From positions 181,961-245,960 of the forward strand of contig MNCI01002495.1 in NCBI GenBank assembly GCA_015680685.1: a stretch of DNA of 64,000 bases. The letters run 5' to 3'. The notes beneath the pieces are model-generated. The model was given only the letters and a program-made list of their open reading frames with translations. It did not search any database and was not told the origin of the DNA. Positions 23,649 through 37,200 of the stretch are shown piece by piece. Every line of letters begins with the position of its first letter. Position 1 is the stretch's first letter. The translations under genes and the position numbers were made by a program. Source of the DNA: Gnetum montanum (Eukaryota > Plantae > Gnetophyta).

Positions 23649-26600
23649 GGTTGTAAATTTGTGTGTGATTTAATTGCAATTATTATTATTATCTTTTTTT
23701 TCTGAAAGATATGTTGTTAATACTTTGTTACAGCGATCTTGTATGATGTAACTAATCTAGATAACTAGCATCGTCCTCAACATGATGCCAATGATGAGTA
23801 GCGAGGTACCCCTACACTCAACCGTACGAATACGATTGTTCATGCACGATCTGGTTGAACTCTGCGGACGGGCTAGTTGTGGTATCTAGATCATTACACG
23901 TTGATCACAGTTCGTTGTCTTCCCACTTGGACTAGTATTTTCTTTGTCATGTATGGTTTAGTCCAAAGTGAGGTGTATGATGTGGTTTCTAACCTAGTGC
24001 TACTCCTAGAGACAATGGAAAATAACTTTAATTAAGCTAGTAGGAAAAAGGAAGAGAGAATCTAAGCTAATGGGACATGAAAAGAGAGAGTCTAAACTAG
24101 CCTAAGTGCGATGAGCATCCATTCCTTAAATATTAGTACACATCTTGGACCTCATGCATGACTACTACTAGGATTACCAAGCGTAGATCCTAGGTATGCT
24201 ACTAGGTTACCAATTAGTCACACTTAAATGCTTGTGATTAAGTTGTACTCATTCCGCATTTAACAACAGGACTAGTAAATGATGGTAAAGAAATATTAAC
24301 TAAGAAAACAATAAATAACAATAAAAATTAACAATAATAATTAAACAATTAAACTAAGTGAATGCTACAATGATGAAGTAATCTCGATCTCTATTGTCGA
24401 TCATGTGCATGTCCAAGTACGTCACACTCGAATAAAGGTTCTGTACAAGTACAAGAATCACACCGCGAGCATGCATTGGGAAAATATTCTAACTTTTGCA
24501 GGAACAAACTATAAGAGTCTGGCTACAACTAACTCCTAAGATGCCTAAGTGTGGCGAAAGCACACTTATTTATAGGCTAGAATAGACTTTGCATAAATGA
24601 GGCTGCATGGATGGATACATCAACGGGGCCCCATCGATGTGGCCTAGTTAACGTAGGTCCAATATCGGGACCCATTAGACCTAGTATCTTGTATCAGGGT
24701 TCTGATAATAGGGGTCCGATAATAGCACCTGAAAAACCATGACTCATCAACTAGCTAGTTGAATTTGAGGATTTTTTGAATCAATGCCAAATTTGTGTAA
24801 AGTAGGGGCACATAGTGAAGTAGTATCTTGAATAACTAGCCTAAATAATTCTCTTATACATGCATCTAAAAGACTTCCATCACTAACCTTGTGAGTACCT
24901 CTAACATGCAAACACTCCATGTTGTACTATCCATTGCCCATGCCACCCTAATCATAAATCCCAAAACATCAATTCAGATGCCAATCCACCTTTCTATTAC
25001 CATCATACTCACTCCTCTTGTTAACTCCCAGCATAATCCTACCTCATCTCCTACCATTAACAACCCCATCCTCATTCCTCATCTTAATTCCCATCCCTTG
25101 TAATATTTAGTTATGCCTCTCCTACATAACCAAGCTCCATCCACCTCCACTACTTTCACCTCTATCACAACCCCTTTGATTGCTACATCCTTGGCCCTAC
25201 TCACTAAGGCATCCTTTCCTGACTCCATATGCATGGATGTAGATATGAAGGACTTAAATAAAAAGTGTAAATAAGCATCCTCCCATGATTATATGCCCCT
25301 CAACCCCTCTACTTCTAAGCTGGATCTTATTAGCATGACAATCTAGGAACCCAAGAATGATCGCCAACACCTTTCATCTCTATTAGACTCTTTGCCCTCA
25401 AAGTAGCATCACCGAATTTACATTCACATCTACACTAATGGTTTATTGCAAATCCTTCAATAGGACCACACTAACCCATGTCCTTCTTCATGAAGTTAGT
25501 CTCATGAAACATTGTAGGCCCTGATGGCTAGGGAAAATTGTGTGAAGACTTTGATATGGATTTTACTAATATTGCACCTATGCTTTGCTTGCAAGAGATG
25601 AAATGGTGCTCCCTACTATCATACCTCTCACACAACTAATAGCTTCATGTAAATGTCAAAATATAATGTTTCTTTGGAACTTAATTTATGCTAGTGGTGG
25701 TATGTTTCTATCCTTGACATCACTCCTAAACACACTTGCATTTCTCTCCACTAGTAGCACATCAAATTTATAATGGTTTGCATCCCCTTCTTGGTTGATG
25801 ACCATCTTACTTTTTTCCATGAATTGAGTATATACACTATGAGGATAGACCTTCTCATTATTATCATTGATTTTGATGTAGTTGAAATCCCATCCCATTG
25901 TTTCCCTAGTGTTTTCTCCACTTTAGAAATGCAACTTCTCCAATACTTCCATGATAACCTTTGCCTTATCAATGTGCTTCTATTTGGAAGAAATTTTACT
26001 TGATTATGTCAAACCCTTAATTTTCATATAAGAACCTCTTGTATTAATAAAGGTTGGATCTTCCCATCTCTACTTGATGGCCTTTATCCATTCCTTACCT
26101 ATGGTGCATGGGATTTCTCTTATCATTATTCCATCATCCTTCACCTTGGCTAACACGAATGCACCGTCTCACGTTTTCATTTTGAAAACTTTTGGCTCAT
26201 CTTGCTACATACTTAGGAGCTCATTCTTTTGACATGGAAAGAAACTAGTCAATCATGTCCTTCCATCGTTGATTACCTTCACATCCTCCACCACACCCTT
26301 CTTAAGCACCAAAAGCATCTCCACATTATCCTATCCCACATACTTCCCCAACTTCATGTTAAGCTCATCATCGTTAATTCAACTATCTCCACTAATCCTT
26401 GCTACCACTCACTTTAAGCTCAACTTCATAGTTTCATGGCTAATAAGGAATTATATTAGCAACAATATTCCCATGTCACTTGACTAAATGAGAGGGAAAA
26501 GAACAATTTCTTTTTCCATTAATATGCCATGAACAATAAGTAGAAACAACTCCACCTTACTTTTATGAAAGACATCAAACAAGACCTTAACTTCTCACTC

Positions 26601-29216
26601 TATTATTTTTAAAATCTCTCAATTGTCATCCCTTATGAAACCAACCTTATCCCAACCATTCTTGCTCATCATCATCATATCCTCCCTTCCAAGTAACAAG
26701 ATCATCCTTTATCCCTAGTGGAACTCCAATTAATCATCCTTGTAATGCCTAAGAATAAATCATGGGATCCAACAGCTAAACCAATGAGCCCTTCCAATTT
26801 CTTTGGTGTTTTGTTAATTTTCCCATAACTAATGTCTTTGCATAGATAGTCCAATTTAACTCTTTTCCCAAATGCTAAAACTCCATCTTATTAAAAATAA
26901 TCCCTAAAAATTGATAATCTTACTCCCTTAAACACTACAAACCCATCAATTTATTGTTGGTGTTGTATAAGTTCTATGCCAAAATTCTAGCAAATAGAAT
27001 TTAAATCCTACTCTTCACTATCATAAACCAAATCCAAACTAACTTTATATGTGATGTGCGCATTACTAATAGCATCATTGTGATGAACAAGAACCTACAG
27101 TGGGTTAGGACCACCTCTACCCCCTTAGTTGTCATCAAAATTGATCTCACTAAAGCATATGAGAGTGTTTCATAGGATGTTCTCCTCATGATAATGCATA
27201 TGCTTGACTTTAATCAATGGTAGCTTAATTGCATATGGTATATATTTTCTACTAGAAGATATGTTGGTGGAATCAAATCCTAGAAAATAGATTGGTTCAC
27301 ACTGACACTATGCCTTAGACAAGGTAAGCCCCTTTCATCCTACATGTTCACCATCATCTTTGAGCTCTTAGATGCATGCTTAAAGCATGTTGATCTTGCC
27401 AATCCTATCCTATGGTCAAGATACATTTAGAAATACGTAGATAACATAATGATTCTTATCAATGTCAATGTTCAAGCTACCCAACTCATTTTTTAGAGCC
27501 TTTAACCATTCTCACATGTCTTTGGTGTACATATCAAGTGGAGGAAATTAGTGGGTTATAATGTTGGTAGTAAGGGTAGTAGGTTTCACTGTCATGTCCA
27601 TCCCCTAAGAGAAACCTACAAACCTCTTCCAAGCACTTACTTGGACATCCTCTTGTTTATATCCAAGTTGCACCTATAATATTGGGATGTAGTGCTCTCC
27701 AAAATGTAACATAAACTTTTTAATTATCATGAACTACAATTATCCTTAGTTGGCCAAATTTTGCTTGCAAATATTGTTTCCTAAGTAATACCTAATTTGG
27801 TGGCCACCACCCTTCCTTCTTCTTAGGAGCTTTTAGAAAAGATTGATTGGATGGCCATAATTTCATCTGAAAAGGAGTGGATGCTTATGGAAAAATTCAC
27901 TTGATAGGTTGGGAGTATGTTGCTCAACCAAAGGAGTATTGTGGCATTGACATCACTCCTTTCTAGCATGTCATCTTGAGATGTCTCTTCCACTTGGCTC
28001 TTTGATGGCTCCCTATGACACTTTGTCCCTAGATTGGTAGCAAATCCTAACTATTAAATATGGCTTCCCTAAACATCCCTAGCATAGCCCCCACCCCCTC
28101 CCCTTCTTGGTTTTAAAACCAACTCGCTCTTACTTGGTAAATTATTCTAACCCATCTTACCTAAACTATTCCTCTCACGAACATGCTCTTTGTCCATGCT
28201 AAATGGTCATCAATGATGAGTAATGTTTTCATATGTTAAAGTTTGCAATCCTACATTTGGCTCTCACTACACTGGAGATCCTCCTTCTTTGATTTCAACT
28301 ATGCTAGCTACTTCTTCAACCACATCTTGCTCCTACTTTTCCTACCTACCACCATCCTATAGTTGCACCACCTCCTTCACTTTTTACCATCATTCCATCA
28401 TTACCTTTTCAACCCTCCCTTGACTAACTCCCCTACTCAATAACCAAATGCTTTGGAGTTGAATGGTCATTGAGTCATGTGTAGAAAGAACTAGAATAAA
28501 TTTTTTATTAGATTCCAAATATTATCCTAAGTAGCATGTCATACCTTAGAATTAACCATAAAATAAATACATGGAATCACTTAAAGGGCATGAATAAAAT
28601 TCTTTTAAATAAACCATATATTCCAATGAACTATATAGCATTCCAAAAAATGACTATTGGAAACCTTAAGTAGGAAACCTTATAATACAATATGCATACT
28701 TGAATAAACCATAAGAACTTTACAAAATTCATGTAATGTTACACCAACATCTCAAATACAAATCTATATGTAAAAATTTACAAGAGATACAATAGACAAA
28801 CATTTGGGCCATTTTATAAATCCATAACATGGCTTCAAAAATTCAACAATGCTTAAATCCTTCAACGACAACACATCACTTAGTCACCAATGCTTCCAAT
28901 GCGCATTCCAATTTAGCATCTACACCATCATCTAGGAACTCAATCCAAGTCTCTAAATTATAATTTATACAAAACACATGCAAGAAGGGTTAGAACACCT
29001 TCACAGTAGAGAAAACCACCTTGGTGCTACTTGAAATAAGCTAGAAGATAGGGCCTACATTGCAAAGCATATTGTTAGAACCAACAACAAAATGCTATTA
29101 ACAATTCTATTAATTAAATACATTAACATTTACCATTAATGCCCTAATCACCACAAATCTATGGCAAGCTTAGAGTGGTGATATTTCCAATGAGTTTTTA
29201 GCATCAGACATTGCCA

Positions 29217-29347
29217 TAGCTATAAGGTTGATACTAACTTGACTAGCCATCAAGGACTGTTTGGTGTAATACCTCACCTATCTAGGTCAACCCTCATGAA
29301 TGTACAATTGTTGGGTTACACTATGGTAAGTATCAACCTTATAGCTA
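29217..29347. repeat. Perfect 19-bp inverted repeat with 93-nt loop
   Basis: TAGCTATAAGGTTGATACT (29217-29235) and AGTATCAACCTTATAGCTA (29329-29347). Confidence 0.85.
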
Positions 29348-31164
29348 CCCTATGTCCTAGTCCCCACTATTACCTTTGGTTTCTTGATGAGGGTTGCACA
29401 CCACTTGGTTGACAAAATTCTCTAAATCAAGTTCATTATGACAAGACTAGCTAGGTGGCACATTATTAGGTTGATGGGCCAATTGCAAAGTCAACTTTAC
29501 GATAGCAAGACTTACTTGTTTCACTTTAGTAGCCCTAATCCTATCTCTTCAACACTATGGATGTACCCATACATGCTTAGAATGTTAGTGAACCATTGTC
29601 ATTATATGTCACCTTTGATGTCAAATGTCTTTTTTTTCCCTCTTCACTCTTGCCTCTTTTTGGTATCATCATTGTCTGTATCTAGAATGACATCAACTTA
29701 TTTGTTAGTGATAAGAAAGTCATTGCCATGATAGAGGAAATTTCCCCTTTGGATGTAGATGTTCATCAACTTTTAAAGGTGAATTATGCCCTTCTAGGCA
29801 AACTTATGTGGCATATTTAAGTTCAAAACAAGTTGTGGGCATAGGTTATGAGAGCGAAATATATTTATGAAGGTTTTCTTTTCCATAGTATTCCTCCCAT
29901 AACATGGGTGACTTCTATTTGGCGAAGTTTTGAAAGCCTTAGACCTTGGTTTCAAATGCATATTAAAATTTATGGGAATTTGTTTAATGGGATAGCTCAA
30001 AAGAATATGAGATGCACTTTATCTATGATACTTTGGTACATTATGAGAAGGATTTGGAAAAAGCTAGTTAGTGGTGTAGGGCCCTTCAACCATGACAAAT
30101 TAATTTTTTCCCTAAATGTTTACACCGTTGCTTGCTAATAAAATTTTTATAGAACAAATGAGGGATCATTGTTGATGATTGTGTGTGCTTTGTGGCATGC
30201 ATGTAGAGACCTTGCATCATGCTCTTATTCAATGTGCAAAGGTCCATGTTTATTGCAAGGAAATCTTAAATATATTCACATTTGAGTTTGACCCAACTCA
30301 ACTCTTGAAGACATAGAAAACAGTGGTGGAATAGGTGTAAAAGTCCCTCTTCCTTACATCCTTTATCAATGTTGGATTGTTTGTTATGTTTTTCTATTTC
30401 AAAGAATTACCATCATTTCATGTGCTATTGCTTTGCAAGCTCTAAATATTTGGCCCATTGTTTTCCAAAAGAACATTGCCTCTTAATTTAGACAATAAGA
30501 GAGGAATGAAGTACCTAATACTTTGCAGGTCTAGAATTACATATTGTTTCAAGGTAGGATTGTGTTTTGTTTTCCCATTGTAATTATAGTGGTGAACTCT
30601 TTTCAAGCCTATAACTTTGAAAAGGTTTACCGTATTTGTTCTTTTTTTTTAACCTTGACCACAATAAATCCGGGTTTACCTTTTCTCCTCACAAAAAGAT
30701 ACGGCCCTCGTTGTAAGTGGTATAATGGTTGTCACGGTCGCACTTATGAATAGCATGAATAATTTACACGAATTATGAAAATCAATAACACGGTACGTCA
30801 GTATTTATGCAGAATACGCGGATGCTGCGTCAAAAGGCTTTGGCCAATTCAAAGATGCCGGCGCGTGCACCATACGCACGCTATAGTTACGTGCCAAAAC
30901 CAGGGCCTCAAGATATAACGAGGAAGCAGAGGTTAAAATTCAACCAAATCACACCGAAGGCAGCTGCGCAGCAACTGTCCACTACTTTCCTCTTTCCCGA
31001 TTTTACTTCTCCTCGTACGTTATTTTAATCGCTGCATTCATTGCATTTGTCGATCGCGAAGCGTTTCTAGATCCGTGGAGAAGGAGCAAGTGTGAATATC
31101 TGTTCCTTGCAGTTTTTGGTCTATAAGCGAGCGTTCGAAGTTTGGAACTCTGACGGAAAGGGAA

Positions 31165-31266
31165 ATGATGGAACGAGCTGGAGCATCGGTTGCTGCCGCG
31201 CTGTTCACCGTCATATCCAGTTTCGCGGCTGAGCAGTGCTCACGCGTTAGCTCTCTCGCGAGCTCG
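31165..31266 (+). CDS. Exon 1 of a 73-aa conserved plant microprotein (MMERAGASVAAALFTVISSFAAEQCSRVSSLASS)
   Basis: ATG in gaaATGATGG within a CpG island; 34 codons followed by the consensus donor G|GTAAGT at 31267 (phase 0). Confidence 0.7.
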
Positions 31267-32550
31267 GTAAGTGAGATATTGTATCGCCGTTTTTGATTTT
31301 TGTTTCGTCCTGGTCGGTTTTCCCTGGTTCCAAGGATGATTTCTGCGAAAATTGTTGTCTTTTTATGTTCTACTTCGGGTTATGGAACCTTTGACGCGTT
31401 CGTAGCGTTCCTCTCCAGCGTTTTTTTTAACAAGAAATTAAAAATATGCAGCATCTTAAGGATTTTTGCTCCGAGTGCAGAGGATGTTGCCAATTGTTAG
31501 TGACCGTACTGGCCTTTCGTGATTGTTTTTAGAGAGAGATTCGTTATTCTTTATTTTTCGGAGGTCAACGAACCTCAAGACAACCTTCTTTGCTGATCTC
31601 GAAAGCTTGCGTTTGTTTCCTTTCGATATAAAAAATGAAAATTGTCTCTGTGAAAACATAATGATCTTTAAATGCTTTTTAGAATTTATTTAAGGCAGGG
31701 AGAGTTTTTGTGAAAAATTATGATCTTTTAATGTCGTGCATGCTTGTTCAAGGCACACAGAATCTTTCTTTGGTAGGAATGCTTTTGGAGTTTGAACAAT
31801 CCTTTAAAAAAAAAAAACTTAGAAGAAAGGTAAATAATTGAATCAAGGCAAAACGTGATTACAACAATGAAATATCCAGGAGCAGAGTTAATATAAAATT
31901 AAACCATGTTTTCAAAATAATCAGAGAAAAGGTATTCAAAAAATATAGGATGGAGTATATGAAAAAAGTTGGTTTTACTTTCAGTGGAGACACTTTACAC
32001 TTGAATATACTCATGATTTTCGGACTTTCCAAACAACAGCAGACAGGTACAATCTGATAAAGAACATTTTTAGTTTCCCACGCTATATCCAAACTAAAGG
32101 AAAGAAAATTCTAACAAAATATTTCATTGTTGTGAATACATTATGAAATTGAAACCGTTTTTACAAGTCTTTAGACTATATGGATCTAAAATGAGTGGAA
32201 AAAACTTCATCGATTAACTTACCCATTGTCCTTACACTATTTGAAACAATTCATTTAAGTTGCTAGCTGTAATATGCTCTCCGTCCAATTTGAACGTTAT
32301 ATTACTGCATGAGGATGTGTATGAATTACACAGTTTCATCGAAAGAGTGTTTTAAGACCTACGAAATATTAATTACTGCTATATAACTATGTAACATTGA
32401 GGTGCAATAGATGGTTTTACTTTTAAACGTCACCTGAATTTCCTGGGCTTTTTCAAGGATGACCAATATTATTTCTTTGTAGGATTTTGGTTATGGTGGC
32501 TTCTTTAAGATTCGTTTTTTTGAAGTTCTGTATCTACTCATGTTCTGCAG

Positions 32551-32670
32551 ATGGATTTTTCCACAAAATCACTCGGCTTCACAAGCAAGGCCACAGAGGA
32601 AGGAGAGAAGTTTATCCCGAGGTTCGATGGATTGAGATTCCTTGAAACACTAGTAACCGCGCACAGATGA
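32551..32670 (+). CDS. Exon 2 of the microprotein (MDFSTKSLGFTSKATEEGEKFIPRFDGLRFLETLVTAHR*)
   Basis: Acceptor TGTTCTGCAG| at 32550, in phase with exon 1. The C-terminus matches the recalled motif KFAPRFDGLRFIETLVTAHR of a small uncharacterised plant protein family. Confidence 0.85.
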   Translation: MDFSTKSLGFTSKATEEGEKFIPRFDGLRFLETLVTAHR

Positions 32671-34096
32671 GTTGCTGTTTCGCTAACTGTAACAATTTTG
32701 GTAATGCTTTTGCGAACATGAGCAAGTCCTAATTCTTTTTCCTTCCTAATTTTTACCAAACCAAAATCGAGTTGCATACAGATTTCTCTCCGAGCTTTTG
32801 TTGCCTCTCCGTGGGAGCCGATGCTTAACCCATTATCCAGAGCCCGCTCTTCTGGGCTTGTATTTTAATAGAAGTTTTGGTGATATTTCTCCAACAGTTG
32901 TTTTTTTCAGTTACTTGGACAACAATAAAAAGTTTCTGTTTTTAATTTGCAATATGACCCTATTTCAACGTGCAAATGTAAAAGTAGGTTTTTATTTTTT
33001 AAAAAAACAATGGTCTATGGATTCTTTGAATGCCATGTTGTTTTATGTTCGAAGTAATGAAAAAGAAATTCCAGCTTTACAAAAGAAAAGAAAATGCGCG
33101 TTCTTTTTACTTACAGTGGTGCTTGTACTGTACAATTTGATCGCTTCCATGTATCCAGAGATTGATCGTTACTGCGAGTTCATACTTCTGAAATTGCTAT
33201 GAAGTTGTCTAGTGTGATTTTGAAGTGCGATACTTGAACCGCCTAAGTTGTAAATAATTCATTGGTAAATATAGGACCACATTTCAATTGTTGTCTAAAA
33301 TAACTGGTGTAATAATAAAGACATCTATTTTTATCGACTACACAAAAAACATTCTGAAACCAAATCTAAGAGAGAGCTCCACCGCACAACACAGACGAAA
33401 ATTGAAGGGCTCTACCTTTTTGTTGGAGGGTAGAGGTTAGGCTCTTACTTATCTACCATCCTCTCAAGCCACCTTGCCTTGGCAAGATGGGCATTGACCA
33501 AGGCAAGGTGGGCATTGACCTTTGGGTGATGATACTTATTGATAGTCTTTATTTTATTAAAGTAAAAATTGAACAATTAAATAACATGATTAAATCCAAT
33601 TGCTACCTCCTATTTGTACCTTGATTCAAATGCCTTCATTTGGAATGATGGTAAAGATCTCATTTCTCAAATTGTTAGGCATGGGTTCAAGCTTGAATGT
33701 AGTAACTCTATAAGAGATTAGACTTTTCTTGTGTAAAGTTCCAAATTTCTATGGTCTATACTTGGCTAAACAATGTTAAATTATATTGAAATTCCTTAAT
33801 TTTATATTATCATCATCATCCTTGCCTTGTTCCAATAAAGAAATCTTTAACTTAATATTCTCGATTATCATAATGACATTAAAAAATTTTACTTTCAATT
33901 TGAAATATCCTTATTACACCTTTGTTACTAACATTGTTAACAAAAAGTAACCACATACTTATGATCCAATGTAAATGCCATGGCTTATTATTGAATCAAA
34001 GGCTATGTTCCTTTAGCTTTGAGGATTGAAAGAGCATGTTGATCTATTTTGATAGGTAGTTCATGTCTTGATAGGAGTGCAAAAACAATGAGATTT

Positions 34097-34160
34097 TAGC
34101 CTAGGGTAAGACTCGTGATTTGGAAACTCCAAGTTATGAGTTTGATTCTGGTAGGTAATA
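34097..34160 (+). mobile_element. tRNA-derived SINE-like head, homologous to 16570-16630
   Basis: TAGCCTAGGGTAAGACTCGTGATTTGGAAACTCCAAGTTATGAGTTTGATTC aligns with the 16570 copy and keeps box A/box B spacing. Confidence 0.45.
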
Positions 34161-34255
34161 TTGACTTATAAAGCTCTAATTTGACTTTTTGCATTAGGGG
34201 TTTAAAAAATGGAGTTTTTTTTTTTGCCTTTTTTGTTCCGTCTTTAGTAGACACA

Positions 34256-37200
34256 TGATGAGACATTAATAAGATAGGCTACATCGACGCATGGTAGGAT
34301 GCGTTGACATAGATACATTAACGCTAATGCAATCATTGCCTATATAAATGTGTGCATCCCTTGCGTTTATGACACTTTTTAGGTATAGCCTTAGTTGAAC
34401 TCTTGTAGTTTTTTCCCCCTAGCGTTAGAATATTTTCTCTTTGAGTACTCATAATGTGGATCTTAGAGATTATAAAGAGTTTCATTTGAATGCCTATGTA
34501 CCTGAACACATTAACATAATGACAATAAAATTGAAATTTTCTACATCCATTGCACCACTTAGATTAGCTTAATTTTACTTTTCTACATTTTACAGATATT
34601 TACCATTACTGTCTTTAATTAAGTAAATAATGTTATTATCATAAACACATGAGTATGACCACTTCAAGAATAACATGTTAACGCTTGGTAATCTTAGTAG
34701 TGGATATTTGGTATGTCAGCCACTTGTTAACCCAATAGTGTTAACACTAGTTCGGGATGTGTACGATAGGTGGAAATAGTTACTCTACATTAAGATAACT
34801 AGTTACTAGATTAGTTGATTAGTTAGATGATTCATTGTTAAACCTCTATTCAATCATCTAGCCATTAGGAGAAAAATATATTAAAAATAATTACAAAAAT
34901 ATACATCATGTGCCTTAGCCACACTTAACCATACGTATAGATAAAAGCACAAGTGTGAGTTAGAAAAACAACGACCTTGCAACTACATGATTCACTACTT
35001 AGGAATATCAGCTATTTGGGTAACTAAGTGTACGGAATTCAACTAGATCACTAGTGAACGCTTGTGATTTGTATGGTTAGGCGTAGGGGATATCTACCAC
35101 TCATCATTGGTGTTTTTGTCAGGGAACTTAATTGAGCTAAGTGCGCTAAATATTATAACTAGTGAATTTATATACAAGTGTTTTAGGAGAATATAACAAA
35201 ATATCTCTCACTCATAACAACAACAACAACAACAAGATTATCCTAAGGCACACTTATGTCTATTTCTAAAATCACTTTTGCTCACAGGAAAGAATCTTCA
35301 TTACATGAGAACAAAAAAAATAGGCAATAGGAGAGGACGTAAAGGACCACTAGTGATAAGCCTCAACAACTGAAAGTCATATATGCCCATCCATATCCCT
35401 ATTATCTAGACTTCACCTTCATTCTCCATCAGGATAAGTAGTTACGATGAAGAGATATGGATAGTAGCATTGTATTACCTCATGATCGATTCATTCCTAC
35501 CATAATCATGACCGAACTCATGAGATTGGACATTGAAATAGATACACTTGAGTACAAAAGCACAAGGTAAATTTTTAGGGACTACCAGCCTACAAAAGCT
35601 TAGCTCTAGAAAGATAAACACATGGAAGCTTGTTATGAAGCCTCCAAAGGAAAATGAATCCTAACATCATTATTCCTACAGCTACATAAAGAGGGTGAGG
35701 GTTTCTTTTCTGGTCACTCTCAATACATAAATTCTCCTCCTTCCTTTAAGGAGGACACCTTTCACTAAGGGTTGTATTCAAACTTATAGAACTTTGGTGA
35801 AGGAAAGATAGAGTCCAAAGATCAAGGAGCCTCAAAAGACAAGTCTCCTAATCATTCATCTAAGCATAAAGAGAATGACAAGGAAACGAAAAAAGATAAG
35901 AAAAAAGATTAGGAGAAGGATCAAAATTTAAGGACTAGAAGGCCCCATTCTCCTAGTCATCCATCTTCATCATCGTCCTCATCATTAAATTCTGATAGGA
36001 GGAGCCACAAAAAATACATACAGAAAAGTAGTTAGGATTGAGATGGAGATGATAGGAGGTCCCATGGTGATGGTAGGACCTAGGATGGGGGCCAACAAAG
36101 AGAGGAGTAAGAACATCGCTAAGAAAGAAGACATAGCAGAACTCACCATAGGAGGCATGATCATCATAGAAACCATTGCGTACATGATGATGATGATGAA
36201 CCATTACTGGCCACTAGAAACATGTTGAATGTTTTAGAAGTAGTCAAAGTTCTCACCTAGCATCAAAAGAATAGTAGGATTAAACGATTAAATATGAATA
36301 ATATACCCAAGTTCAAAGGAGGGTATAATGCAAATCCACAACGTCATCTACAAGCTTTCTATGATTATTATGCCTTAAAAAATATTGAGAATGATTGGCA
36401 AAAGTTGAAATTGTTCCCAAGGATATTCATAAAAGAAGTAGAGAGTTGGTATCAGTACTTTGAACCGAAATACATTCAACAATGAAGTACAATGTTAGAA
36501 CTATTTAATGACAAATACCAAACATACTTTTGAGTGTCAAACCCAAGGAATCAGATTCAAGGATGGAATTAAGGGAATTATGAGTCCTTGGATGCGACCT
36601 TGGGTGGGTATTACTCCCTATTGCACTAATGCCCAGGTCATGGATTCTCTCAAAGGGAGCAACCTTGCCATATCATAGATATGCTCTAGAACAAAATGAG
36701 AAAAAATCTTAGGGTCTATGTCCAAGGAAGACTTCTGATTTGAGAGCCCATCAAATCCAAATACTAATAGAACAAGTGACCAAAGAAAAAGGAGAGTTGA
36801 AAAAACAAGAAAGCGTAAAAGAATACAATAGAGACCCCTCTCTCTATAAAAGGGATGTGTGCTTCTGTCATTTAGAAGAGGAAGTCACACTAGATGAAGT
36901 GGTGTAGAGAAAGACCTTGTTGATATAAAAATTTGTCTCTAAGATATTAGCCAAAGTGGATAAAATTTGGGACTTCTTAGATGAGAAGTTTTAAACTATT
37001 CTAAAAATTATAGAGGAGAAGGTAAAATAAGGGAGTAGTGCATGAGATACAAGAAGAAGAAGAAGAAATATAGAGGAGTATTGACTACAGAAAGGTAAGG
37101 CTATCATGGTTGATGAGGTTGAAGATTTGAGAACTAATGATGATTGATGTGATATCTATCAATACCAACATCCCAAGAGATGTTGTCTTGTGAGGTTGCA

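Larger units (their letters stand above)
18824..24749 (-). mobile_element. Complete non-autonomous (pol-less, gag-only) Athila-related LTR element (copy B), 5926 bp
   Basis: Paired LTRs 18824-19807 and 23792-24749 with TGATGAG/CTCATCA ends, perfect TSD ACTAG, PPT ATGGGGG beside the left LTR and a decayed PBS beside the right LTR. Gag present; no PR/RT/RH/INT motifs in the ~4-kb interior, whose only multi-base gap (147 N) lies within gag. Confidence 0.92.
18257..30520 (+). mobile_element. Degenerate L1-clade LINE, interrupted by the LTR element at 18824-24749 and an insert at ~28430-29540
   Basis: ORF1 DUF4283-like (LVGTF, NGMLFSF, KWIHG, TPIWIHL, FGKIIDLD) resumes after the insertion with VEFEDFLNQCQICVK*GH. 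EN: MLCLQEMK, ASGG, FHFENFWL. RT: YKPINLLLVLYKFYAKILANRI, KIDLTKAYE, LRQGKPLSSY, YVDN, KIHLIGWEYVAQPKEYCG. zf-RVT CVLCGMHVETLHHALIQC at ~30180. Ends approximate. Confidence 0.88.

Noticed and set aside
32483-32550. Alternative acceptor TTGTAG at 32482 for the microprotein
   Set aside because: It adds 68 nt and shifts the frame, losing the conserved C-terminal motif.
32798-33202. 134-aa ORF after the microprotein gene
   Set aside because: TTG start, T-rich 3' UTR-like composition and no motif.
35953-36228. His/Met-rich small ORFs
   Set aside because: Alternative frames of the low-complexity gag N-terminus of element E.
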